From Bacteroidales bacterium (GTDB lineage: Bacteria; Bacteroidota; Bacteroidia; Bacteroidales; VadinHA17): a stretch of 64,000 bases of DNA. Below, one piece after another: positions 27,428 through 35,939 of the stretch. The DNA lies in contig JAXDBC010000076.1 of assembly GCA_034679225.1 (NCBI GenBank), positions 19,941 through 83,940 of the forward strand, written 5' to 3'. Positions within the stretch are counted from its first letter, which is position 1; each line of letters opens with the position of its first letter. A model generated the notes under the pieces. That model had not been told where the DNA came from. It saw nothing but the letters and a program-made list of their open reading frames with translations, and searched no databases. The position numbers and the translations under genes were made by a program.

Positions 27428-27447
27428 ACAACTACCACAATAGTTGT
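27428..27447. promoter_or_regulatory. Candidate BlaI operator dyad ACAACTA-n6-TAGTTGT
   Basis: Perfect 7-bp inverted repeat with TACA/TGTG ends, about 85-105 nt upstream of the BlaI start codon. Confidence 0.4.
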
Positions 27448-27687
27448 GCAAGAATAAAGAAATAAAAATGACTAACAGATTAGGAAAAACGACAGAATTA
27501 ACAGTCCGGATCACCTCCTTCAGCGCTAAAACATATAATATAAATCATATCCGTATCCTGTTTGATTAATAGTATTTTAGCCCCTTTTTTACCGGAAGTG
27601 AAACTGACATCCTGCCCTATCGGCATAACAAAGGGGTGTTTTTGCCGTTCTTTAGGGGTCAGTATTATTGTGAAAACATAAAATATT

Positions 27688-27794
27688 TGGATGAAACCCA
27701 CATGTATTTCATACACAAACATTTATGTATATAATTATCAAACATGTGCGGTTCCCCCGCTTGAGCGGGGACCATTAAAATAAATTATATTCGG
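27688..27794 (+). repeat. Gene-proximal conserved element, copy 2 of 3 (E2)
   Basis: Hairpin CCCCGC (27755-60) TTGA GCGGGG (27765-70). Positions 27751-27795 are identical to 44281-44325 (45 nt). The embedded ORF at 27691-27783 gives 30 aa. The element abuts the ATG of the T9SS protein gene. Confidence 0.9.
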
Positions 27795-29867
27795 ATGAAA
27801 AGAATTATATTAGTTATATCTCTTACGCTTGTGCCATATTTGCTGCTGTCGCAGGTTTCGCTTGTCATTGAAGGCACGACCACAAACAACACCGTCACGG
27901 GTAACTGGGAGGGAGTGAACATCCCGAGAGACCTAAAGACCTCGCTTATATACAGGAATAACCAGGTAACTTCAGTGAATGCTTCGGGATATCTGCTGCA
28001 GTCGGGCGATGAAGTGCCCAGGACTACCAACAACAACCTCGATGGAGGCGTTATCACCGGCAACAAGCTGATTTGGAACGGCAGCGACGCTTCGTCTAAA
28101 ACTCACGGGATGTTTATGGGATACAACATCAATTTTAGTGTGAAATACAACTACCTCGACAAGACTCCCTATGGCATTCTTTTCAAATCGGGATCGGATG
28201 CAGGTACAAACATGACATACTCAACGGGTTACGGCGCTTCGTACAACATTGTCAAAAACTCGAAGATGTCGGTAAGGATGAAGGGCATAAATGGAGTCCA
28301 GGTGTATAACAATACATTTTATTCAAGCCTTCAGTCGGGGACGCTTATATACATAGATGCCAACAACGACAGGCCTGTCCCGGCCCCTTCAACAGGTGCA
28401 AAGATCAAGAACAATATTTTCTATACCGTTTATCAGATTCCCAATATAAGCATTGAAAGCAGGTGTCTTTCCGGTTTTGAAAGCGATTACAATGTTTTCT
28501 ATTGTGAATCGGGTACGCCTGTTTTTTCGGTCGATGGTTCAAGGAAAACCTTTGAACAATGGCAGGCTATGGGATACGACCGGCATTCGGTGGTAATAAA
28601 TCCTAAATTCAAGAATACGACAGACTTTGTACCATCAGCCAGGCTCGATTACGGCACCGACCTTGGACAGGCATGGTCGACCGGTTTATCGACCGGCGCG
28701 GTATGGAGTGCAGGGCAAACTCCAGCTACCACAAGCCAGAACGGCAAATGGCAGGTCGGGGCAATACTTTATGCAGCTGCTCCGGAACCCGCTCCAGCGC
28801 CTGCTCCTGCACCAACACCTGCGCCAACTCCAACACCAACTCCAACACCAACTCCAACACCAACACCAACTCCAACACCAACTCCAACACCGGCCCCGGT
28901 AAACCAGGCTCCGGTAATAGTGATAAATTACTCATCCGAAAATTTGTCGGGTTTCGTGGGTGAGATCGATGCAAGTGCAAGTTACGATGCCAACAAGGAT
29001 AAACTGAGTTTCTCGTGGCAAGTCCCTTCTTATATCTCAGTATCATCTTCTTCAGGCTCAAAGATCAGGTATCTCAGTCCGGTGGTTACCGAAGCTCAGA
29101 CAGTGGAATTCATACTGAAGGTAAGCGACGGCAAGATAAGCCAGTCGAAGGCCATTCCCGTGAAAATCTTTCCATACAAGCCCGAGTTGAAATCGGCAGA
29201 GGTAATCAAAATAGAAGCAAGCGGGTTTCAGGCTCCTAATTATCCATACAACATAATTGACGGCAATATAGGAACCATGTGGTCGGCTGTCGGTGAGGAG
29301 CAGTGGGTTGTGATGGAACTCAAAGAAGCATTCAGTATTCAGCATGTCAGGATCGCGTTTAAGCCCGGACAAAAAGCCGAGGCATATTTTGATGTGCTGG
29401 GATCGAATGACAAGGTGAACTGGGAGCCTGTTCTGACCAAAACAGCCTCATGCGGTTTCTCAGGCGATCTTCATGTTTTCGACTTTCCGGAAGCAAAATC
29501 GCAGGTCGGATACAAGTACATAAAACTTGTCGGCCATGCCAACTCCTCGGATAACTGGAATTATATTTCCGAATTCAGGGTTTTCGGGTACAGGTATATC
29601 AGTGACGCCAGTTTTGAGAAACAAGCTGTTAAACTTTATCCCAATCCTGCCAGGGAATTAATAAAGGTGCGTATCGATGACGAAACATTCAATCCCGAGT
29701 TTGTCAGGATTGTCAGTATGACAGGAAAAGTGGTATATGAAGAAAAAATGAATCCCGGCCTCAAGGATTTTCAGATCCCTGTCAGTTTCAAGGGAGGCAC
29801 TTATATTGTCCAGTTCGGATCAGGCGACATTACTCTCGGTTACCAGATGCTTGTTGTAAACAGCTGA
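27795..29867 (+). CDS. T9SS-sorted surface protein: beta-helix region, Pro/Thr linker, Ig-like and F5/8 type C (discoidin) domains
   Basis: Signal peptide, APEPAPAPAPAPTPAPTPTPTP... linker, discoidin-like block (IDGNIGTMWSA...), and a C-terminal KLYPNPARELIKVRI... Por/T9SS sorting domain. Confidence 0.8.
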   Translation: MKRIILVISLTLVPYLLLSQVSLVIEGTTTNNTVTGNWEGVNIPRDLKTSLIYRNNQVTSVNASGYLLQSGDEVPRTTNNNLDGGVITGNKLIWNGSDASSKTHGMFMGYNINFSVKYNYLDKTPYGILFKSGSDAGTNMTYSTGYGASYNIVKNSKMSVRMKGINGVQVYNNTFYSSLQSGTLIYIDANNDRPVPAPSTGAKIKNNIFYTVYQIPNISIESRCLSGFESDYNVFYCESGTPVFSVDGSRKTFEQWQAMGYDRHSVVINPKFKNTTDFVPSARLDYGTDLGQAWSTGLSTGAVWSAGQTPATTSQNGKWQVGAILYAAAPEPAPAPAPAPTPAPTPTPTPTPTPTPTPTPTPTPTPAPVNQAPVIVINYSSENLSGFVGEIDASASYDANKDKLSFSWQVPSYISVSSSSGSKIRYLSPVVTEAQTVEFILKVSDGKISQSKAIPVKIFPYKPELKSAEVIKIEASGFQAPNYPYNIIDGNIGTMWSAVGEEQWVVMELKEAFSIQHVRIAFKPGQKAEAYFDVLGSNDKVNWEPVLTKTASCGFSGDLHVFDFPEAKSQVGYKYIKLVGHANSSDNWNYISEFRVFGYRYISDASFEKQAVKLYPNPARELIKVRIDDETFNPEFVRIVSMTGKVVYEEKMNPGLKDFQIPVSFKGGTYIVQFGSGDITLGYQMLVVNS

Positions 29868-30059
29868 GGCCGCGATTCAGTATCAGGCATTATAAAATTA
29901 ACAACAAATTTTTATCGAATATCGATAATTTCTACTATGAATATCGACAAATTTTTTACCTGAAACGATATCATTTTCAAACATCTTAGGTAGATAATCA
30001 CGGAAGCCTGAAATGGTACATATTTTGTACTGGTTTTAACTGATTTAATTCTACTGGAA

Positions 30060-30623
30060 ATGAAAGCGATCAAATATATAACAGTCATTATTCTCCTTTC
30101 TGCCGGGCTCCTGCCGGCGCCGACAGATTCGCGTGCTCAGGACAGCAGGATTACCAGGCAGGAGATGAAGAAGATAAGAGAAGCAAGGCTTCAGGCAAAT
30201 TTCAAGATTATAGACACTCTTCTTAAGCAGAAGGACTTTGTGCTCAAGGCCCAGTATCTGCAGAACAGGTATGGAGACAGGATAAGCGTGACTCCCCTGC
30301 TGAACTTCATCAAGGTAGAAGGCGAGACAGGTGTATTGCAGACCGGAAGTACAATGGGTCTCGGCCTGAACGGGGTTGGAGGCGTAACCGCCGAGGGACG
30401 CGTAGGGAAATGGCAGTTGCGGCCTGATGAGAAAAGACTGATCCATACGTTGCAGTTCAGCCTGCTTACCAACATAGGACACTATGATGTGACTATTACG
30501 GTCAGACCTGACGGTAATTCAAGAGCAACCATTTCAGGTATAGGGAATGACAGGCTCACGTGGGAAGGACAAATTGAGGTAAGCGGAAACTCAAGGGTGT
30601 TCAAAGGCCACAACACGTTCTAA
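30060..30623 (+). CDS. DUF4251-like secreted protein
   Basis: Signal peptide plus the pattern ...IDTLLKQKDFVLKAQYLQNRYGDRISV...; family recognition from memory. Confidence 0.6.
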   Translation: MKAIKYITVIILLSAGLLPAPTDSRAQDSRITRQEMKKIREARLQANFKIIDTLLKQKDFVLKAQYLQNRYGDRISVTPLLNFIKVEGETGVLQTGSTMGLGLNGVGGVTAEGRVGKWQLRPDEKRLIHTLQFSLLTNIGHYDVTITVRPDGNSRATISGIGNDRLTWEGQIEVSGNSRVFKGHNTF

Positions 30624-30644
30624 CCGTTCTATACGGTATGCGGC

Positions 30645-30684
30645 CGCACGACTGCACGACTGCACGACCGCACGACCGCACGAC
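30645..30684. repeat. Tandem octamer array, 5 units YGCACGAC
   Basis: CGCACGAC, TGCACGAC x2, CGCACGAC x2, read directly 22 nt after the stop codon. Confidence 0.95.
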
Positions 30685-30928
30685 CAAAATAACACTACTG
30701 AAATTCCTTTTCTCAGTTAACAAAGAATTCGAATAACAGTGAGGCGTTTTTAATGATCTTTCCTGTCTCCAGTTCCCAGTAGGGATAAATGCATTTTACA
30801 CTTTCTTCGTCCATTTTTCCTGCTCTTTATAAGGCCAATTTATTATTAAGAGGGTGCGGTTCCAAATAAAATGGCCCGGATTTGATTACAGGATGAAAGC
30901 CTTGGATTAACCGTCGAAAATATGTGAC

Positions 30929-30952
30929 AAAAAAAAAGTGCGCACCGCGCAC
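30929..30952 (-). terminator. Rho-independent terminator of tRNA-Val
   Basis: The minus strand reads GTGCGC-GGT-GCGCAC followed by T9, 35 nt downstream of the tRNA 3' end. Confidence 0.75.
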
Positions 30953-30986
30953 CGCGTATCACCTACCGCTATAATGAATGATTTTG

Positions 30987-31061
30987 TGGGTTGTACTGGA
31001 TTCGAACCAGTGACCCCTACCCTGTCAAGGTAATGCTCTAAACCAACTGAGCTAACAACCC
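30987..31061 (-). tRNA. tRNA-Val (anticodon GAC)
   Basis: The minus strand reads GGGTTGTTAGCTCAGTTGGTTTAGAGCATTACCTTGACAGGGTAGGGGTCACTGGTTCGAATCCAGTACAACCCA. Manual cloverleaf: 7-bp acceptor stem, anticodon loop TTGACAG, T-loop TTCGAAT, CCA not encoded. Confidence 0.9.
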
Positions 31062-31125
31062 GTTTTCAACGCGAAAATAATATTTAATTTCTATTATCAG
31101 CTATCCCTCTGCCTTAGCTTGGAAA

Positions 31126-32253
31126 TTATGAAAAATCAAATCCCGAAATATAGGCAGGAGCATCGAAGAAAACTTCCTTCTCTTCATCGGTGAAATTCAG
31201 GAACCTGGTATATACCAGCCCCGGTTTTGCATTCAAGATTCTGTTAAGAGCTCCCATTTTAACAACGGTGCGCAGCTTTTCAAACAGCTCGCTGCGATCG
31301 TCGAGCCAGGTAAGTCCCGTATAGAATCCTTCGGCAGCACAGACCGCTTCAAAGAGACTGGCAATAAGTTCCTCCCTTCCCTTTTTACAGTAAATACCAT
31401 GGAATACAAGGTGCCTGAACTCTTCGGGATGGAACAATCTTTTAAAGAAAGGCGCCCTGGGAAGGACTTTCATGTAGATCCAGCCCCACACTCCCGGCAT
31501 ATCGTATACCTTGTACATTGAGGGAATGGCGTTGACCCCTGCTACTATCTCTCCGCCTTCCCTGAGAACATAGTATTTGTCGCCGTGAAAGACATGGTCG
31601 GTACTGAACAGGGAGTAATCGCGGTAATAGTCGAGGAGCAACTCCTTTACCTTCTCCTTTTCTTCCGCGCTGCTGATTTTAGAGACCCTGGCATCGGGTT
31701 TGGGATTGAACCTGCTGAAAGCAACCGTGAGAAACGACCTGATATATTCGTATCCAAGCTGGTGGATCAGGTTCTTCGACCTTTCGTTCATACTTTCAAC
31801 GAAAGCATACATAATGTGCTTCTCGTTCTCGCCTATCTCTTTAAAATTAAGCAGGTGAGGCTTGCTGAAGATGTCGAGTGTCTTTTTCTTGAAGGAATCG
31901 TCCTTTTCTGCTTTGATAATTACCTTCTTTTTTCTTTGGGAGATATCAGCCTGATAAACAGAATCAAAAGCGAGATATCTAAGGTAGGATGAAGGATAAC
32001 GCAGTTTTCCCTGGCCGGTTATCCTGTAGCATGAGCCAATTGTTCCCGTAACCTTGTTTTTCCTGTAGAGGGAAATGAATCTTATCTGGTCGCCGTACGC
32101 GGCAATGCGCGAAGGGATGTTCCTCAACTGAAATCTTAGTCCCCCTTCGGAACCCTGGACTGCCCTGCTAAGGATTTCAATCATCCCTTCATTTGCATGA
32201 TCAGTGACTTTGACCTCCAGATCTTTGTGCCTGATTATGGTTTTCTCAAACAT
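31126..32253 (-). CDS. Hypothetical protein (375 aa), possibly a GNAT-like acyltransferase fold
   Basis: Long clean ORF with an ATG start and no signal peptide. I do not recognise a family, and the fold suggestion rests only on general sequence character. Confidence 0.6.
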   Translation of the reverse strand: MFEKTIIRHKDLEVKVTDHANEGMIEILSRAVQGSEGGLRFQLRNIPSRIAAYGDQIRFISLYRKNKVTGTIGSCYRITGQGKLRYPSSYLRYLAFDSVYQADISQRKKKVIIKAEKDDSFKKKTLDIFSKPHLLNFKEIGENEKHIMYAFVESMNERSKNLIHQLGYEYIRSFLTVAFSRFNPKPDARVSKISSAEEKEKVKELLLDYYRDYSLFSTDHVFHGDKYYVLREGGEIVAGVNAIPSMYKVYDMPGVWGWIYMKVLPRAPFFKRLFHPEEFRHLVFHGIYCKKGREELIASLFEAVCAAEGFYTGLTWLDDRSELFEKLRTVVKMGALNRILNAKPGLVYTRFLNFTDEEKEVFFDAPAYISGFDFS

Positions 32254-32269
32254 ATACTGTACGCTTCAA

Positions 32270-33028
32270 TTATATCTTGTTAACATCGAGGGAGCCAAAT
32301 ACTCTCTGAAGCAAGGGAGTTACCCTTGCCGTCACTTCCTTTCTTATCTTCAGTTCTTCTTTTTCAACTTTAGAGAACATCCCGTCCAGGGCCTTCCGTG
32401 TAAGGTAATCATCGATGTCGATGTTCACCGCTTTGAATCCGGCCAGTTTTCCCGGGATTGTATTGGCAAAGGAATTCCATTTTCCTGTAAGGGCAAGCCA
32501 GGTATCCTTGGTGGAGACATTCGCGACAATCTTCTTTTCGGTCGAAGCAGTGATCTTCGGTTTATAGAGCGACACAAGGGCCTCTGACGTGGTGGCCTTA
32601 AGATAAGTGGTTGCGGCGTTGTCGGCTCCCCTTAGGATATTGAAGGCATCGGCTATGGTCATCGAACTGATGCTGCCGGCGAATATCGGCGCAACTTCCC
32701 TTGCCGCATCCTCTGCAGCCCTGTTGATCCTGAGGATGACATCCTCAACCAGCTGTTCCCCTCCGGGAATCTTGGAGATATTGTCAATAATTACTCCGGC
32801 CTCTTCCGGAAGAAGGATTTTGATGGCAGCATCGCCATAGTATCCGTTCTCTGCCGCAAGCCTCTCAGCCGAATTGCGAGCCCCAATGGTAAGGGCTTCC
32901 TTCAATCCCTTTACAACTTCTTCTTCTGTTAGGGGAACGCCGGCTGTGGACTGAAGCACATTGAGAAGCTCCGCGCAGGCGGCAGAGATCATAAGCAATA
33001 CTATAAGAACAATTGTTCTGATTCTCAT
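32270..33028 (-). CDS. DUF4197 family secreted protein
   Basis: Signal peptide plus LTEEEVVKGLKEALTIGARNSAERL..., typical of DUF4197. Confidence 0.7.
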   Translation of the reverse strand: MRIRTIVLIVLLMISAACAELLNVLQSTAGVPLTEEEVVKGLKEALTIGARNSAERLAAENGYYGDAAIKILLPEEAGVIIDNISKIPGGEQLVEDVILRINRAAEDAAREVAPIFAGSISSMTIADAFNILRGADNAATTYLKATTSEALVSLYKPKITASTEKKIVANVSTKDTWLALTGKWNSFANTIPGKLAGFKAVNIDIDDYLTRKALDGMFSKVEKEELKIRKEVTARVTPLLQRVFGSLDVNKI

Positions 33029-33073
33029 GACTGATTTTTTAAATTTCCCTAAAGATACAAATTACAGCTAAAG

Positions 33074-33745
33074 TCATGATACACCAGGAAGCAGGGTTTC
33101 TGCAATGATCAGATCTTCAGGGTTGGTTATTTTTATATTTTCCCTGTTACCCTCCACGACGCGGATCTCTTCCCCGGATTTTTCAAGCACCATGGCGTCG
33201 TCGGTGAATTCGGGACTGAAATCAGCCCTGTAGGCTTTTTTTATCATGCTCGAATTAAAAACCTGTGGTGTCTGGACAAGCCTCAGGCAATGCCTGTTGA
33301 CCGGCATGTTGCCGGCTCCCGTCACCATACGCACCGAATCGGTGGGGCTGACGGCGGGGATAGCGTTTCCGTAGAGGGCAGCAGTCTCAAAGCAGTTTCT
33401 TATTGTGTTTGTGCTGACGAGAGGTCTCACCCCGTCGTGAATGGCAACCAGGCTTTCATCGTCGACAAGCGCGAGCCCATTCCTTACCGATTCAAACCTT
33501 GTCTGCCCTCCTTCGGCAAGGGAATGAGGCAGCTTGAAGGAATGCTTCACTTTCAGCTCATTCCATAAACTTAAGCGTTCAGCCGGCAACACTATGATTA
33601 TTCTGATCAGGGGATCAAAGGAGTAAAAGCGTTCAGCGGTATGCATCAGGACAGGCTTTCCCGCAAGTTCAAGGAACTGTTTCGGGATGGCTGTACCCAT
33701 TCTTCTGCCGGCACCTCCGGCAACTATCAGAGCATAAAGGTCCAT
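33074..33745 (-). CDS. ispD: 2-C-methyl-D-erythritol 4-phosphate cytidylyltransferase
   Basis: ALIVAGGAGRRMG...PKQFL... and VAIHDGVRPL motifs. Confidence 0.92.
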   Translation of the reverse strand: MDLYALIVAGGAGRRMGTAIPKQFLELAGKPVLMHTAERFYSFDPLIRIIIVLPAERLSLWNELKVKHSFKLPHSLAEGGQTRFESVRNGLALVDDESLVAIHDGVRPLVSTNTIRNCFETAALYGNAIPAVSPTDSVRMVTGAGNMPVNRHCLRLVQTPQVFNSSMIKKAYRADFSPEFTDDAMVLEKSGEEIRVVEGNRENIKITNPEDLIIAETLLPGVS

Positions 33746-33813
33746 ACAGGTTGATTCAACGTTCAGCCCCGGCCTTCATCCCGGGGGCATAATGGAGGGC
33801 TTGCTGTTATAAA

Positions 33814-35466
33814 CTATTCCTTTGTATACAGAAATCTCCTGATGCTTCTCTTGGGTGTCTTTGCAAACTCCTCGCGGTTGATCTTGAATTTGCTGACAGC
33901 CATGAAATCGGGAAGCCGCTCGTTGACTGATTTCCTGGTAGCCTCAAAAATGTCCAGAAGCTGCTCCTCTGATAAATTTTCATTTTTAACTGCCTCAAGA
34001 TCGGGATATATCAGGACCACAAGCTTATTATCCTCAGAAATGACAAGCGATTCGGCTATATAATCCATGTTATTGTAGACAGCTTCGATCTCCTCGGGGA
34101 AGATATTCTTTCCGGAAGGACCCAGTAACATGCTCTTGCTTCTTCCCTTTATAAAGATATTCTTGTCCTTGTCCATTATTCCGAGGTCGCCGGTATGCAT
34201 CCAGCCGTTTTCATCGATGATCTCCGCGGTGGCCTTTTCATTCTTGTAATAACCCATCATCACGTTCTCGCCGCGGAGGATTATTTCCCCTATCTCCTTT
34301 TGCGGGTCGGAGGAATCGATGGTGACCTCCAGGGTGTCGACCGGTCTTCCCGATGCTCCCAGCTTCGTGGTATCCCAGGAGGCATAGCTGATAAGCGGTC
34401 CGCACTCGGTCATTCCATACCCGACTGTGAACTTAAAGCCGATTTTTTTGAAAAACCTTTCGGCTTCAGGGTTAAAGGCAGCGCCTCCTATCACTACTTC
34501 CTTGAAACGCCCGCCGAAAGTCTCGGTAAGTTTCTGATTGATCTTCCTGTGAAGGATCCCGTTTATTCCGGGAATGGCAAGGAGTATCTTCATATGAGGC
34601 TTTGATATGACAGGGAGGAGCTGTTTCTTGAAGATCTTTTCTATCACCAGCGGAACCGAGAGTATTAGCCTCGGGCGTATTTCTTTGAATGCCTGAACTA
34701 TAATTTGCGGTGAAGGGGTCTTCGACAGAATCGTAATATGGCAACCGTAGGTGAATGGAAAGAGGAATTCGAAAGCGCAACCGTAGGTATGGGCAAGCGG
34801 CAGAAATGAAACGAGAGGATCACCCGGGTCGAGGGGCATGTTTGCCTGGGCATATCTCACATTTGCCGCCAGGTTATTATGGGATAACATTACACCTTTC
34901 GAAAAGCCCGTGGTTCCCCCGGTGTAGCTTATCACCGCCAGTTTGTCGTTGCTTATATCCGAGAATTTAATGTCTTCCTTTTTAAGCTCCGGATATGCTT
35001 TCCGGTATTTCTCCTCCAGTGAGGCAAAAATCTCTTTGAAGATCTCGTCCTTTGCCGTTATCAGCGAGAAGTCGTCGACTGAAATGGCAGCCTGTATCTG
35101 AGGGATTTTAGCCTGATCAATAGTTTCGTAGATCTTGTCGTCGGCAAATAATATCCTGGCATCCGAATGATTAATCAGGTTTGCCAGATCGTCGGGTTTG
35201 AAATCAGGAAGTATGGGTACGATAACGGCCCCGTAGCTTACGGTTGCCAGATAGATGATGCACCAGTTCGCAGAATTTCTTCCTGCAAGGGCTATCTTGT
35301 CGCCTTCCCTGATGCCGGTCTCCCTGAAGAAGATATGCATCTTGAGTATCTTACCGGCGATCTCCTTGTATGATAAACCCTTTTCCCTGTAATTCGACAG
35401 GGCTTCTATTTCCCAGTTCTGGGTTATACTCTGTTCAATATAACCGATCAGTCGTTCTTTGATCAT
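33814..35466 (-). CDS. Long-chain fatty acid--CoA ligase (AMP-binding family)
   Basis: ISYTGGTTGFSKGVMLSHNN (AMP motif), GYGMTECG, WMHTGDLG. Confidence 0.88.
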   Translation of the reverse strand: MIKERLIGYIEQSITQNWEIEALSNYREKGLSYKEIAGKILKMHIFFRETGIREGDKIALAGRNSANWCIIYLATVSYGAVIVPILPDFKPDDLANLINHSDARILFADDKIYETIDQAKIPQIQAAISVDDFSLITAKDEIFKEIFASLEEKYRKAYPELKKEDIKFSDISNDKLAVISYTGGTTGFSKGVMLSHNNLAANVRYAQANMPLDPGDPLVSFLPLAHTYGCAFEFLFPFTYGCHITILSKTPSPQIIVQAFKEIRPRLILSVPLVIEKIFKKQLLPVISKPHMKILLAIPGINGILHRKINQKLTETFGGRFKEVVIGGAAFNPEAERFFKKIGFKFTVGYGMTECGPLISYASWDTTKLGASGRPVDTLEVTIDSSDPQKEIGEIILRGENVMMGYYKNEKATAEIIDENGWMHTGDLGIMDKDKNIFIKGRSKSMLLGPSGKNIFPEEIEAVYNNMDYIAESLVISEDNKLVVLIYPDLEAVKNENLSEEQLLDIFEATRKSVNERLPDFMAVSKFKINREEFAKTPKRSIRRFLYTKE

Positions 35467-35530
35467 AATTTCAGGTTATTGGTTGACAACAAAGTTACAA
35501 CTTATATACAATTCCGGATATGAAGAAATG

Positions 35531-35917
35531 CTACACGAGGTACATGATAACTAACAGTGTCGTTGACAACAGGTTAACTATAGTGAAAAAATAATTGTAC
35601 TGTTCCCTTTTCTTGCTGAAATACTCCAGTTTCCTGGCAAAGATCCCGATGTTTGGTGCAAAGAGTACTATCAGGAAGGCAAAGAACTCTATTCCGAAAA
35701 AGACTTTGTCGAGACCTCCCTTCACGAGGGCAGAAAGGTAGACAATAATACATAGCACGAGAAGATAGAAAAGGTAGCTGATTTTTAGAAGGAGCGTTGA
35801 TAAAAGTCTGCGCTTGTGAAGCCGGTGGGGTTTCAGACAGGCGTAAGCCCCGGTAAATATTATAATTATGAAGATTATACCGAGAACATGATTTAATATC
35901 TGATTGAAATTTGCCAT
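35531..35917 (-). CDS. Small integral membrane protein (4 predicted TM segments)
   Basis: 128 aa, strongly hydrophobic with periodic charged loops. Confidence 0.6.
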   Translation of the reverse strand: MANFNQILNHVLGIIFIIIIFTGAYACLKPHRLHKRRLLSTLLLKISYLFYLLVLCIIVYLSALVKGGLDKVFFGIEFFAFLIVLFAPNIGIFARKLEYFSKKREQYNYFFTIVNLLSTTLLVIMYLV

Positions 35918-35939
35918 ATCTGCGGTTATAAATACTTCT

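Noticed and set aside
27498-27722. 74-aa minus-strand ORF in the BlaI/T9SS intergenic region
   Set aside because: It overlaps the conserved E2 element and the hairpin/U-run structure. No family was recognised, and its composition is AT-rich, suggesting a chance ORF.
30987-32253. tRNA-Val flank as the edge of an integrated mobile element or genomic island
   Set aside because: No integrase, excisionase, transposase or direct repeat of the tRNA 3' end is visible in the window. Neighbouring genes look like ordinary Bacteroidota chromosome content.
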